Shown here in pieces: positions 14,603-25,375 of a stretch of 28,893 bases of DNA. The stretch spans positions 1 through 28,893 of IMG/VR virus record IMGVR_UViG_3300025103_000113; one strand, written 5' to 3'. Below the pieces are notes generated by a model. That model saw only the letters and a list, made by a program, of their open reading frames with translations. It did not search any database and was not told the DNA's origin. Origin of the DNA: a virus (taxonomy: Duplodnaviria > Caudoviricetes). The position numbers and the translations under genes are program-made. Numbering within the stretch: position 1 is the stretch's first letter; each line of letters opens with the position of its first letter.

Positions 14603-17600
14603 TACTCATCTCCCACTTGTTCTATTGATTGTATATATTTTATCACTTCTCCAACCTCATCAAAGACACCAGCACCATGTGCAGCTTCCATAATATCCTC
14701 AGTTCGAGTGTAGTTTAAATTTCTCTGTATAAGGCCTAGAACACCATCATCACCCTGACTAACATCCCTCATAAGAAGTTTCATATACTCCTCTTGCTGA
14801 CCTGTAGTAAAGCTAGTGGCTGCCCAAAATCCCCTAAGCATGTGCTGCTGGAACTCATCCTGATCCACATTAACTCCCTTTCTAGCACCAGCTTGCTTCT
14901 GTGCCAAGTAGAGCTGCTTAACATCATCCCGAGCCTCTTTGGAAGCCTTATAGATGTGTTGTTTAGTCTCTCTTGAGTACGCTTCCTGTAGACTACCAAA
15001 GCCCAAAGACTTAGCCAACATCTCAGGAGTGGTGATAGCCATGTCAGTAATTCCTGCTGAAGAGTTGTAACGTCTATCATACTCTTGCACGAATAGCTCT
15101 CTAAAGCTCTTACTTAGGTTCATATAACCAGAAGAGAAAGAAGCAAAGGTTTTCATCAACTCCATGCTAGTCATCTCATCTTCACTCTCAGGCTCTGTCA
15201 CAAACTTATACGTCTCAGTGATGATATTGGTGGCACGAGGGTTGTAACCTGACCAAAGACTTAGGGCTGGGGCATTACTTAATATCTCCCCCACGTCTGT
15301 AGTTAAGAGGCCATGTATTAGGTCTAGAGGGGCATTAGGGTCTACAGCTGCTAAGCTTGAGAAGTCCACTCTTGTGTCATCCTCAAACATAGACTGTGCT
15401 AACTCGTTGAAGAGGAAGCCCTCTAGTCCATTAGCTATAAAGTCTCTAGTCTGCTCGTCTTCTATCTCCAAGCTAGAGATGATAGAGTAGCCTATGCCCA
15501 CTGGCATTGGCAGCACTACAGCATTGTAAGCAGCTAACTTAGCCCTCTCTGTACGAGACAAAGCCCTGTTAGTTACTTGTAACATAGCCTTGTGCGGAAC
15601 TTGCATAAACTGGAACAGAAGAGCTAGGGCATTCTTATTATAAGGCATGTCACCAGCAGCATTCATGTTGAAGGTGTAGTTACGAGCCTTCGCCATAACC
15701 TCATCTCTTACACGCTTACTAGCTAAGTCCTTACCTCCCTCTAGGGCTCTGTTCCTATGAGCTAACCAAGAAGACATAATATTAATACGCTCTCCTGCGT
15801 CAAAACCAATCTTACGGTTAGTTCCAACAACAGCCTTATGCACCTTCTTTATCCTGCTAAAGTTCTCAGTATCTACGAGATGATCCAGTCCAGCTTCAAC
15901 TAGATTGTTCCTGTCAATAGAAGCGTCAAACCCTGTCTTCCGATACTCTTCAGCTAAGGCCAGAGCTTCGTCAGCAGACATCCCCATGAACTTCTCAACA
16001 CCTTTGACATCTTTAAGTTTGTCTCCAGTGATCATTGCCATGTGTATCGCTGCTGTATCTCTAGCAAGCTTTTGACTTACAACATACTTGGTGAAGTTGG
16101 CTGCTAGTAGAGAGGCTTGGTGTCCCTGTACAACAAACTGACGTAGTGGGTTGAGGGCTAAGTAAGCATCAAATGCCCTTGCCTTAAACCAGGTTGTAGG
16201 GCTCTGCACTTCATCAACTATAGCACGTATAGCTCTTTCACCATGAGCTGTCTTACCACCAATAATGTCAGCCATCCCATTAAGCATTGCCTTCCAACTA
16301 TCATCCAGTCCATTTCTGTAACCATTCTCTAGGTAGTTAATATATTCAAGGTTGGTACGGGCATCTGCTAGTCTCTTACTACTGCTAGCCTCTTCAGCCT
16401 TAAAGTCTTCAGCCTTACTGGGGAACACCTGTCTCCCTGTCGTTACATCAGTTTTAACCAACTCACTATACTCATCCATAAAGCGTTGCTTATAACGTTC
16501 TATGTAATCTCTCATGGCTGTTCGTCTAGAGATGGAGCGTACTGAGTTCAGCAAGGCATCTGCTGGCCCCTCTACGGCCCCTAAGCCATTCCCTTGTATG
16601 TTTGTATCAGTAGATCCTAGACGTTCACCACGGAGCCTCTGAGAGGTTCTCCCAATAGAGCTGTTTATCTCCCACTGATCATCTTCCATCTGACCTACTG
16701 TTCTGTCCTTATTATCCCTGAAACCATACTCAACTGTAAGGTCGTTATTACCTCGGTTCATATTCACTGTAGCAAGTTCAGCCTCTTTCTTTGTAGCTGC
16801 TGTTTTAACTGCCTGTGTCCGGATAACATTCCCTTCACTATCCTTCACCTTCTTAATAATAATGTGAGGATCTTTATAGCGTACTGTGTAGTAGCCTTCT
16901 CTGTAGTTCAACACTCGGTCAGTTTCCTGCAAGTCTTGAAGCATAGATTGGTTCTGCTTATTACGTACTAGGACATGATCAAAGTCCTTTCCATCCACCT
17001 TCTCTGCACTACGTAGTATAGCTAATGTACCACCAGACTCGTACAAGTCCTCTACTTCTTTCTGAGACATCCGTACAGTCTTGCCTAGAGCTGAGTCATA
17101 TACAGTTCCAACTCCCTTTGTATTGACCTTTCCTACACTACGAGCCACTAACTCTGTATTGTTAGACTTATCTACAAAACGTTGATAGCCCCCTGCCTTA
17201 AGGGACTTAACTAAGTCTAGGTTCTCTAGGTGGTATAGCTGATCCCAAGAGTCCTTCCACTTGTCTAACAACCCCATCTCTTCCTCACTATACCCCTTCG
17301 CTTTTAATGTCTTATAAGGAGTTTTAGTGCCAGAGAAGTTATCATTCTTAATCACTTCCATGAGAGCCACTTGACGTTCACTGTCAAGCTTGTTAAAAGG
17401 AGCTACGAATGCTTCTGCATTCTTAATGAGAGCTGTCTCAATGGAAGAGGCTCTCTCCACTGCTACGTTAGCACCAAGAGTGATGCGAGGGTCTAGCATT
17501 GAGTGTATGTCTAAGAGATGTCTCTGTACAGATGACTTACCTTTCTTAGCTTGGTTGAAGAAGGGAATACGGTCGAAGAAGTTTCTCTTCACCTGTAGCC

Positions 17601-19251
17601 TGTCCCACTCAACATCCATTGGGTCAAAGTCATGCTCGAAGTTAACTTGTACTAAGTAATCATCTCTCATGTTAGCTTTCTTGAACTCTTCAGGGAGCTT
17701 CTTCTTCTTCTTAACTAGGCCTGCCCTTATAGCATTACGAGCCTCTACTTCCTCTACAGTTACTGGTAGGTACTCATCCCCCACCTTACGTAGGACAGTT
17801 AGGTCTGCTTCCTCTACCCCGTAATCTCTAAGGGCAAACAATGTATTGTCAATACCTTGCTGTGGAGTTTTATAGGAGCTATCAGCTGGGCCATACACAT
17901 TCTGGTAGACAGCTGTCCCATCTTCATTTAACTGAGGACTCTTATACTGAGCCATATTGGTACGGTTGGTCAGGCCATTAATTCTTTGTACTCGCTCTAC
18001 ACCCTTACGTTGAGCACTTAGCACCTCATCAGGACTTAAGTCTATACGCCCACTGTGTATAAAATCTTCTACATAACGAGCTAAGTCATGTGGCTTACTC
18101 TCTACGCTACCGTCCTCTGTCCGTACTTGAGGTGCTTCTGCGTCTACAACAACTTCCTCTCGTGTAGTCCCATGGGTAGTTTTGGCAACCTCTCCTGACT
18201 CATCTGCTTCAGCCATTGCCTGTAACTTACGTGCCTCGTCTGGGTTTACTTCCGCAGCAACCTTAGAAGGGGAGGAGGGCTGCACTTTAGCTCTAAGCTT
18301 CCTTACTCCCACCTTAGAGAGGGTGGATGCCTTAGCAGCCAGCTTAGTGCCCCTCAGTGCACCACCAAAACCCACTAAGTCCAAGATGCCAATGATGTTA
18401 TCAATACCTTGGTCAATGGGGCCATAGTAGTTGCCATCTACAATGGACATAAACAAGTCTTTCTGAGCTAGGTCATTGTCATTTGTAAACACGATACCTT
18501 CAGAAGCATTCACCACTTCAGCCAGCTTTCTGTCAAACTCCCTCTGTTCTGCATGCCCCAGGTTAGCTCTGTAATCTCTTAGTCCTACCTTAGCATTTCC
18601 AAGAAGAGAGAAGGCCTCTACAGCAGCCCCTACGCTGCCCCCACGCATCTTCCTAACAGTCTCTTCAGTGATGAAGCTCTCAGAGAAAGGAATTACTATC
18701 TCTGCAAAGTCTGCCAATGCGTGTAGCCCACCAGTGCTTGTAGAGAGAAGGTTGCCGTTTAATAAGGCTTGCCTCTCACGGAGGGTAGCATTAATCTCAT
18801 CACTAATAGCTACTGCATCTATCCGAATGTCTTCAGAAACAGGGTCTTCATCCCCATCAGGCTTAACACCCAACTCCTTAGACATTAAGTCCATTGAGTT
18901 TGGCTTCTCTGTCTGAAGACTAGCCATGCCTCTCACTAACCCCTCTACTTCTTTTGTAGATAGGTCTGGGTTAAGAGTCATTTGAGCAGCTAGGTTCTGG
19001 CTCATTCGGACACTATCCTGATGCACTCTATCTGTAATACTGTCCATACCTGCTTGTCTTTCTTGCGCAGGGAGGTTTGAGAGAGAGGAGAAAGTGGCTA
19101 ACAACTCCTTCTCTGTACCTGCCATCAACGCACCTTGGGCAGCCACTGTATTGTCTGAAGCCTCAGAAACCACTGACTTCTCTACAGGAGGGGCCGAGAA
19201 GGAGCTTAAATCATCCCCCTCAACACTCCCAAACTTAGCTAAATCTGTCAT
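14602..19251 (-). CDS. Large internal virion (ejection) protein, 1549 aa
   Basis: Largest ORF, helical, follows the tail tubular genes; SD AGGAG. Confidence 0.7.
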   Translation of the reverse strand: MTDLAKFGSVEGDDLSSFSAPPVEKSVVSEASDNTVAAQGALMAGTEKELLATFSSLSNLPAQERQAGMDSITDRVHQDSVRMSQNLAAQMTLNPDLSTKEVEGLVRGMASLQTEKPNSMDLMSKELGVKPDGDEDPVSEDIRIDAVAISDEINATLRERQALLNGNLLSTSTGGLHALADFAEIVIPFSESFITEETVRKMRGGSVGAAVEAFSLLGNAKVGLRDYRANLGHAEQREFDRKLAEVVNASEGIVFTNDNDLAQKDLFMSIVDGNYYGPIDQGIDNIIGILDLVGFGGALRGTKLAAKASTLSKVGVRKLRAKVQPSSPSKVAAEVNPDEARKLQAMAEADESGEVAKTTHGTTREEVVVDAEAPQVRTEDGSVESKPHDLARYVEDFIHSGRIDLSPDEVLSAQRKGVERVQRINGLTNRTNMAQYKSPQLNEDGTAVYQNVYGPADSSYKTPQQGIDNTLFALRDYGVEEADLTVLRKVGDEYLPVTVEEVEARNAIRAGLVKKKKKLPEEFKKANMRDDYLVQVNFEHDFDPMDVEWDRLQVKRNFFDRIPFFNQAKKGKSSVQRHLLDIHSMLDPRITLGANVAVERASSIETALIKNAEAFVAPFNKLDSERQVALMEVIKNDNFSGTKTPYKTLKAKGYSEEEMGLLDKWKDSWDQLYHLENLDLVKSLKAGGYQRFVDKSNNTELVARSVGKVNTKGVGTVYDSALGKTVRMSQKEVEDLYESGGTLAILRSAEKVDGKDFDHVLVRNKQNQSMLQDLQETDRVLNYREGYYTVRYKDPHIIIKKVKDSEGNVIRTQAVKTAATKKEAELATVNMNRGNNDLTVEYGFRDNKDRTVGQMEDDQWEINSSIGRTSQRLRGERLGSTDTNIQGNGLGAVEGPADALLNSVRSISRRTAMRDYIERYKQRFMDEYSELVKTDVTTGRQVFPSKAEDFKAEEASSSKRLADARTNLEYINYLENGYRNGLDDSWKAMLNGMADIIGGKTAHGERAIRAIVDEVQSPTTWFKARAFDAYLALNPLRQFVVQGHQASLLAANFTKYVVSQKLARDTAAIHMAMITGDKLKDVKGVEKFMGMSADEALALAEEYRKTGFDASIDRNNLVEAGLDHLVDTENFSRIKKVHKAVVGTNRKIGFDAGERINIMSSWLAHRNRALEGGKDLASKRVRDEVMAKARNYTFNMNAAGDMPYNKNALALLFQFMQVPHKAMLQVTNRALSRTERAKLAAYNAVVLPMPVGIGYSIISSLEIEDEQTRDFIANGLEGFLFNELAQSMFEDDTRVDFSSLAAVDPNAPLDLIHGLLTTDVGEILSNAPALSLWSGYNPRATNIITETYKFVTEPESEDEMTSMELMKTFASFSSGYMNLSKSFRELFVQEYDRRYNSSAGITDMAITTPEMLAKSLGFGSLQEAYSRETKQHIYKASKEARDDVKQLYLAQKQAGARKGVNVDQDEFQQHMLRGFWAATSFTTGQQEEYMKLLMRDVSQGDDGVLGLIQRNLNYTRTEDIMEAAHGAGVFDEVGEVIKYIQSIEQVGDE

Positions 19252-19259
19252 ATTAACTC

Positions 19260-19745
19260 CTAGCCTGCACCTGCCGTAACGGCCTTTACACCTAAGTCAA
19301 AAGCTGACTTAAACATCTGCTGTTGTGCCATGGCCCCTGCACCTTCAGCCCTAAAGTCTGCTGCTCCTTGTAAGAGGCTTGTCTGTGTATTAGCAGACAA
19401 CGTAGCACCACTAGCAAAGGCTTGCCCCGCAGCTGCCAAGGTTTGACCACTACCAATGGTGGAGGCTTCTACACTACTGCCACTAACACCAGCAGCTTCA
19501 GCAGCACTCACTACCTGAGCACGTCTAATTCTCTCTTGTCTTACTTGCTGTCTAATAGCAGCTTGTCTCTCATTCTCTTGTTGAGCAGCACTTACTCTTC
19601 GTGCCTCCTTCTCTCTACCAACAGCCCTCTCTTCTGATCTAGCTTGTCGTCTACCACCAGCAAAGAATGTTTCATCTGCCACATTAATAGAACCTAGAGA
19701 GATGGCAGCAAGTCCTGCCTTCCCTAAATCTGTACTGTCTCCCAT
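19260..19745 (-). CDS. Small internal virion protein (T7 gp14-like position)
   Basis: Ala/Gln/Gly-rich with a charged helix (RQQVRQERIRRAQ) and AAGVSGSS. Confidence 0.65.
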   Translation of the reverse strand: MGDSTDLGKAGLAAISLGSINVADETFFAGGRRQARSEERAVGREKEARRVSAAQQENERQAAIRQQVRQERIRRAQVVSAAEAAGVSGSSVEASTIGSGQTLAAAGQAFASGATLSANTQTSLLQGAADFRAEGAGAMAQQQMFKSAFDLGVKAVTAGAG

Positions 19746-20008
19746 ACCATCACCTCATAACCTTCTTTAATTACTCCAAGGGACTTAGCTCCGAAGAGTC
19801 TACAAAACCTTGGGTTGGGGGAATTGCTATACATGTGCCTATAGCCCATCCCCTTTACATGTTCTTTTAACTTGACAAACTCTACATACATTTGCCTTAA
19901 CACAGACTTACTCCACACCTCTACAGTGCAATGAACATGACATTCATTCCCTATTATCTCCCACTCAATGTGGTAGTCAGAGGTGTGTAAGAAGGTTTGT
20001 CTAGGCAT
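19724..20008 (-). CDS. Hypothetical protein, possibly GNAT-like assembly factor (T7 gp13-like position)
   Basis: Sits between nozzle and internal proteins; NPRFCRLFG resembles the GNAT C-terminal motif. Confidence 0.5.
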   Translation of the reverse strand: MPRQTFLHTSDYHIEWEIIGNECHVHCTVEVWSKSVLRQMYVEFVKLKEHVKGMGYRHMYSNSPNPRFCRLFGAKSLGVIKEGYEVMVWETVQI

Positions 20009-22430
20009 TAGTATTACTACTTATATTCATGCTCCAACCCAAAAGTTTCATGTCCTTTTCCGGCTCAGAGTTAATAAGAAGACTAACTACACGTCCTCTC
20101 CCTCTTAACTTATTCTTAGTGACAATAGTAGAAGTACCATAGTCATAAGTATCAGTCTCGTCCTCTGGGGTATAGCGTCTCTTATACCTATAAGCTTGAA
20201 ACTCTTTTCCCCACTTACCGTATGAAGGAGAGTTAGTCCAGTCCCACTGAGCCTGCACTCTACAGGAAGATTCATTATTGACTATGAAGTCATCTCCATT
20301 GTCTGTAAAGCCATCCTCTGTCCGTAGTAGGTGGAAGTAGATGTAAGGCACTTGCTTATACCTAGCATTATCTCCAGTTCCTATGTAGCCTGTAAGCATG
20401 TGAGCAGGAGCATCTTCTGTCCCCCAGTCCTTAAAGCTTACATTGTTATAGTTAGAGAATGTTATAGATGTGTTGTCTACGTCTTCACTATTAACGAGAG
20501 TTAGGTAGGAAGTAGACCTGTAACCACCTGACAGTAGCTCTGCATCTGTCACAACATCATCTGTTCCAACCACTACGTCATTAGTCCCTGCTAATACATT
20601 AAGCCCCACCACTGTTAAGCTATATGGACTTACCTGTACAGGAGCTGTAGGTATTTTAGAGACACCTAAATTGTTCTCTATAATAGCTAGGTAGAAGGCT
20701 CCTAAGACAATATCAAATACTAGCTCTGTAGTACGCTCTCCATTATCTATGTTGTTATACACCCACCTAACTTTCTTAGAGGACGGATCATAGATGCCTT
20801 GGCATAATGCCTTGGCTCTGTCAGATATGCTCTGGTAGAGGGTTCGTATGTTTACGCTAACCTCTTCAGCAACATAGCCTCCCGTTTGGTTAGTCTTTAA
20901 ATGATATATTGCATCCTCTGACCAATACATAAGTGTACCGTCAACAAGGACAATAGAGGCTACTGATATTGTCCCATGCTCTGTTACTTTAGACACACTT
21001 TGGTTGTTAGCATTGAACGTACCATTGTCACTACCGCCAACAAGCCAAATACCGTTCTCTGCAAACACTAAGAGACCAGAGCCTACATTTACCATGGCTT
21101 GTATGTTGTAAGCTCCTGAGAGGCGTATGAATCCACCATCAGTGTCTAGTATGTCTGGAGCCTCTGCGCTGGTAGGGTCTCCCTCTTGGTAGCAGTGTCC
21201 TATCTGAGAGTCATGTTGCACTTGTTGGCTGTAGAATAGGTAGGAAGCTAGGTTGGGAGACTGGTTGTCTCCATCCACCACCTCACTAGAGAAGCCACCA
21301 TACCAAACCCTTCCTGCAAACTCAGCCGCTACGTTGATACCACCCCCTGTCCTGTCTGTAGGCAAGGCTACTGTTGGGGTCTCAAACTCAACGGATGTAG
21401 GAGTCATCCTTGGATTAGCGTTGGTATATAGTCCAGTATCTGGGTTACATCCTCTGCCATACTCAACTTGCCTAGACTGCCCTCTGTCCAGGAGGTCAAT
21501 AATATAATGCCCAAAAGCTGCTCTTGCTTTTGGAGGCTCTTGGTTCCCAGCCGAGTAGTTATCAAACCTCTCAGAAGTCTTGTCTGTCACCGCATGATCT
21601 AAGCTAGTGTTCGGGTAGAGGTAGGAGGCTACTGAGTCTGCGTTAGAGGGTAAGCCCCTGTCGGCATCTGGCAAGCCCGACATAACCTCTGTCCTAAATT
21701 CCTCAATTGGGTCTGTCTTTCTTGAGGGGACACCGAAATCGTCCCACCTAAGTCTAGGAGCAGCCCAACCTTGGTTGCGTAAGTTGTACATGTGGTTAGG
21801 GAGGTCGTCTGTAGTGTCTGGCCTGTAGTTGATGTACTCAGGAGAGAGAAGGTCTCTCACTTCCTCACTAGGGCCACCTTCATCAAAGGTGAAAGGGTCT
21901 GCCACACCAAACAAGTCTCTTATCTTTAACATCTTGTCTTCTGTAGAGAAAGTGTCTAAGTCACTGTCATAACTTACCACCTTAATCGTACTATTACCAT
22001 AAGCTACAATAAGCTTGCCATCAATAGAGGAGAAGGAGGCCTTTCGAGGCACTACGCTAGTGGTGTCTAGTGGCAGGCTGTCCTTTACACCAGAACTTGC
22101 CTTTAGAGCCTCATCTGTTCTGTCTATCAAATATACCTTATCATGCACTTGACAAGCAATGAAGGTTTTTCCTGCTACACCTCCTACGTTGTTCCACTCA
22201 AAGACGCTTACAACCACATCCCCTATAGGAGACTTTACATACGAAATGGGGAAGGGGACTAGCCCTGCCTCATAGTCAAAGCCAGGGCGTCTCTCTCTAC
22301 TGCCATCTCTGTTAAGAATGAAGTTGGCCTCATCAATGGAGGCATTCTCTGGAAACGTAAGAGGGCTGGCCTCTGTTATAAGGCCCCCTACAAACGTGTT
22401 AAACTCACCCGTTTGATTGCTTCTTGGCAT
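20001..22430 (-). CDS. Tail tubular protein B (nozzle)
   Basis: 809-aa beta-rich protein; N-terminal TFVGGLITEASPLTFP, FAGRVWY, C-terminal KLRGRGR..L...SEP.KDM.LLGW; synteny. Confidence 0.8.
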   Translation of the reverse strand: MPRSNQTGEFNTFVGGLITEASPLTFPENASIDEANFILNRDGSRERRPGFDYEAGLVPFPISYVKSPIGDVVVSVFEWNNVGGVAGKTFIACQVHDKVYLIDRTDEALKASSGVKDSLPLDTTSVVPRKASFSSIDGKLIVAYGNSTIKVVSYDSDLDTFSTEDKMLKIRDLFGVADPFTFDEGGPSEEVRDLLSPEYINYRPDTTDDLPNHMYNLRNQGWAAPRLRWDDFGVPSRKTDPIEEFRTEVMSGLPDADRGLPSNADSVASYLYPNTSLDHAVTDKTSERFDNYSAGNQEPPKARAAFGHYIIDLLDRGQSRQVEYGRGCNPDTGLYTNANPRMTPTSVEFETPTVALPTDRTGGGINVAAEFAGRVWYGGFSSEVVDGDNQSPNLASYLFYSQQVQHDSQIGHCYQEGDPTSAEAPDILDTDGGFIRLSGAYNIQAMVNVGSGLLVFAENGIWLVGGSDNGTFNANNQSVSKVTEHGTISVASIVLVDGTLMYWSEDAIYHLKTNQTGGYVAEEVSVNIRTLYQSISDRAKALCQGIYDPSSKKVRWVYNNIDNGERTTELVFDIVLGAFYLAIIENNLGVSKIPTAPVQVSPYSLTVVGLNVLAGTNDVVVGTDDVVTDAELLSGGYRSTSYLTLVNSEDVDNTSITFSNYNNVSFKDWGTEDAPAHMLTGYIGTGDNARYKQVPYIYFHLLRTEDGFTDNGDDFIVNNESSCRVQAQWDWTNSPSYGKWGKEFQAYRYKRRYTPEDETDTYDYGTSTIVTKNKLRGRGRVVSLLINSEPEKDMKLLGWSMNISSNTNA

Positions 22431-22608
22431 TCCTAATCACCTTCTCACTTGACTTCTGGTTGTCAATGGCTTTCATAGCATCTGACTCTGTAGTGTACAG
22501 ACCTGTCAATACCATTGGGATGGACCCCTTACCAATAGACTTAATACGTTTTAGTCTACAGTTGTTACCATCTGCATTAACAATATCATAACCTAAATAC
22601 TCTGCCAT
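22405..22608 (-). CDS. Small hypothetical protein (67 aa)
   Basis: Overlaps both tail genes; IKSIGKGSIP..LTGLYT. Confidence 0.7.
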   Translation of the reverse strand: MAEYLGYDIVNADGNNCRLKRIKSIGKGSIPMVLTGLYTTESDAMKAIDNQKSSEKVIRNAKKQSNG

Positions 22609-23363
22609 TATCTTCTTCCTGTACGTCCGTAGTCTGGGTATTGAATACCACCATTAATTCGTCTAGCTTTTCTTGCTAGCCATCTGTTCTGTCTACCAGC
22701 TTCTTGTTCTGCCTTCTCATCAGCCTTCTGGCCAATACGTAGAGCAGCCTTAGACTTAGCCTCTTCCACTAATGCTGTAAAGGCATTCTCTGGAAGGTCT
22801 GGTATGAAGTCGTCTGCTGATGACCACTCTGGCATGACATAAGCCATGGCCTGTATCTTAGACTCTTGTAGTGTAGCGTCCACTCCTTTGTCAAAGCTGT
22901 CAAACAATACATACTCATCATCAAAGCTGGTGTAGTAGGTTGGTGCTCTGTCACTGCGGACTAACACCTCTATACCACCAGTGTCTACAACTGTCTGTAC
23001 ATCTACACTACTACTATCTTCTTGGTTAGTCTTATGTAAGAAGTGGTCTGGTTGTAGATACTCAACACTGCCATAGTCCTTCTTAGAAGCTCCCACCTTC
23101 TCTTTATTATACTTGAGGAAGCACAACTCCTTCACACCATCTTGTATCTTCATGTGTGTGGGCTTAGTTGTGTCTCCTAAACTACTTATCTGGATGGCTC
23201 GTCTTAAGTGAGGCCAGTCCCTATTACTCATCATTGCATAGTAGGTTGATTTGAGTATTAGTACCACTTGCTCTGATTCAACAGTGTCATCAATAGACTC
23301 CACTTCATCAGAATCGAGGTCACTCAAAATCTCCCCCACCATGTCTAAAAGCGTACGCTTCAT
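22608..23363 (-). CDS. Tail tubular protein A (adaptor)
   Basis: TLLDMVGEILSDLDSDEVESIDDTVES, PTYYTSFDDEY; size and position typical of a podoviral adaptor. Confidence 0.8.
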   Translation of the reverse strand: MKRTLLDMVGEILSDLDSDEVESIDDTVESEQVVLILKSTYYAMMSNRDWPHLRRAIQISSLGDTTKPTHMKIQDGVKELCFLKYNKEKVGASKKDYGSVEYLQPDHFLHKTNQEDSSSVDVQTVVDTGGIEVLVRSDRAPTYYTSFDDEYVLFDSFDKGVDATLQESKIQAMAYVMPEWSSADDFIPDLPENAFTALVEEAKSKAALRIGQKADEKAEQEAGRQNRWLARKARRINGGIQYPDYGRTGRR

Positions 23364-23384
23364 CCCATTCCCCCTAGAAAAACA

Positions 23385-23993
23385 TTACACAAACCTCTCT
23401 ACTCGGAGTGCTGCTGTAGGTGCATCGTTCCAAGCAAGGGTAGTAGCAGAGGCTGCGTATAAGCCCCCTGAATCATGACCAGCACTATCTCGCATAATCT
23501 CATAAGTGATCACTGTGCCAGCTGGAAGGTTTAGCCAAGCCTCATCTGTGAAGCTCTTGTTATCATTTGCGTTTGACAAAAGGTAGAAGACCGACCGCCC
23601 AGCTTGAGTCCCATTTACGAGGGCTCTGAGAAAGATGTGTGAGGTGCCTGACCCACCAGTCCTGCCTATCTCTGCGTTAACCTTTAACCGATAGAGGCCA
23701 GCAGTGTTTATTGTCAAGGCTCCACTAGCAGAGACAGATACATAGTCGTTAGACTGGGCTGCTCCAAACTCAAGTTGTAGTGGACTGTCTAGGGCAGATG
23801 GGAGTTGTGTAGATGCTGTGCTCGATGCATCAAGAAGTCTCTCGACAGCCATAGAAGCTACTTGATCTACTGGAGCTGCCCAGCCAGAGGAACCCCCTGC
23901 CGATGTTAGGACTTGTCCTACTACTGAAGTGGAAGCACCTTTAGGTTCATGTAGTTGTGCCTCTGGTATCTCTCTATGTTGTATATTGGCCAT
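23385..23993 (-). CDS. Virion structural protein (short fibre-like, C-terminal jelly-roll/BclA-C1q-like)
   Basis: N-terminal QH..I...QLHEPKG, GQVLTSAG fibre motif, LTINTAGLYRL; SD GGAGG. Confidence 0.6.
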   Translation of the reverse strand: MANIQHREIPEAQLHEPKGASTSVVGQVLTSAGGSSGWAAPVDQVASMAVERLLDASSTASTQLPSALDSPLQLEFGAAQSNDYVSVSASGALTINTAGLYRLKVNAEIGRTGGSGTSHIFLRALVNGTQAGRSVFYLLSNANDNKSFTDEAWLNLPAGTVITYEIMRDSAGHDSGGLYAASATTLAWNDAPTAALRVERFV

Positions 23994-24011
23994 TCATTTC
24001 CTCCGGACAAT

Positions 24012-24045
24012 AAAAAAGGGAGAGAAGATTACTCTCCTCCTCCCC
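24012..24045 (-). terminator. Intrinsic terminator after the capsid genes
   Basis: - strand reads GGGGAGGAGGAG-AGTAAT-CTTCTCTCCC-TTTTTT. Confidence 0.8.
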
Positions 24046-24061
24046 TAAAGACTCACATAGC

Positions 24062-24412
24062 TTACACTACGTATAAGTATTTAACCACTGCTGTACCAGC
24101 TGTTGGGCCAGTGACAGTCAAGTCAGCTGCTGTAGTAACTGTTACATAATTAGCCACTGCACCGTTAGCAGCTGAGATGTCTTGTGCACCTACTGTAGCT
24201 GCTGAGATGGAGCCTGTGAAGAAATCTACAATCTCTGTCACAATAGCGCCAGCTGGAACTTCAACTTTAACACCAGTAGAACTGCCATCAAAGTTGACAC
24301 TAATCTCTTTCTCTGCACCAGCTGAAGGAGCTTCACCGCCCTTAAAGCCACCCACTTGACGTTCACCGTAGTGGTTGTTTACGCCTAGGCCTGTATTTGA
24401 TTCAAAACCCAT
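24062..24412 (-). CDS. Capsid decoration/cement-like protein
   Basis: 116-aa beta-rich protein directly after the MCP and before the terminator; SD AAGGAG. Confidence 0.65.
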   Translation of the reverse strand: MGFESNTGLGVNNHYGERQVGGFKGGEAPSAGAEKEISVNFDGSSTGVKVEVPAGAIVTEIVDFFTGSISAATVGAQDISAANGAVANYVTVTTAADLTVTGPTAGTAVVKYLYVV

Positions 24413-24423
24413 TGTTCTTCTCC

Positions 24424-25365
24424 TTATGCAATCGCTGTAGCTGATGTAATGATTACGCCTAACGTGTCAACACGCTGAGCACCTAAACCAAAACGAGAGC
24501 TTACAACAAACTCATCTCGGCGTAGGTCTTTATTACGCTCACCTTCAACTCGTGGCTGACGTCTCCATGCACCCATAATAGGCTTAGTCTGATCATCTAG
24601 TACACACATACAGATGTTAGCTACAGCACCTGTAACAGCGTTAGTACCATCACTGAAGTTACCAGTTGGTAGGCGGTTAGACAAGATGATGTCGAAGCCG
24701 TATAGATTCCCTACGAAACGCATACCAGAAGCTATGCCACCACGCAAGATAGACTCTGCGAAAGGTGTTACATCATTGGTAATTGTAATTAGGTTGTTAA
24801 GAGTTGCTTCAACTACTGGGTCAGCAATGAATACACGACCTTGCATTGGTACGTTAGCCTTGTCGAAAGCTAAACGCATAGATACTAAGTGTGCTGTAGA
24901 GAAGATGTCGTTAGTCTCAGCTGAACCGATACGGTGAGCAAAGCCATTAATGGTGTTAGCGTTAGCATTAGTCTGTGCTGCGTTAGCTGTAGCTAAGAAG
25001 CGAGTCTCAAAGTTCTCTTGTAGAGCACGAGTAGATTCAGCTGAACGAGCTGCCATAAGAGCATCTACGTTATAACCATCTTCACGCATGTCATCAGTAA
25101 CGAACCATGCATCACCAACATAATCAGTGATAGTAAGAGTTATACGACCAGTGTCGATTGGGTTGTATGTGAAGGCTTCGTTCTCAGTACCTTCTTGAAT
25201 TGTTACAGAACCAATGGTAGGGATGTTAATTGTATCACCAGAACCAAAGTCTGCTACGTTACGGTAGTATTGCTCACCTAGCAAACCATCATGTAGGTTC
25301 ATCAGGATGAAGTCTGAATAGATCTCCTGTTCGATGAACGCTGTAGTATTAGTTGTTAACTGCAT
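24424..25365 (-). CDS. Major capsid protein
   Basis: FIEQEIYS, DFGSGDTINIPTIG, FDKANVPMQGRVFI, RFGLG..R motifs; follows the scaffold; SD GAGG. Confidence 0.9.
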   Translation of the reverse strand: MQLTTNTTAFIEQEIYSDFILMNLHDGLLGEQYYRNVADFGSGDTINIPTIGSVTIQEGTENEAFTYNPIDTGRITLTITDYVGDAWFVTDDMREDGYNVDALMAARSAESTRALQENFETRFLATANAAQTNANANTINGFAHRIGSAETNDIFSTAHLVSMRLAFDKANVPMQGRVFIADPVVEATLNNLITITNDVTPFAESILRGGIASGMRFVGNLYGFDIILSNRLPTGNFSDGTNAVTGAVANICMCVLDDQTKPIMGAWRRQPRVEGERNKDLRRDEFVVSSRFGLGAQRVDTLGVIITSATAIA

Positions 25366-25375
25366 TTCTAATTCC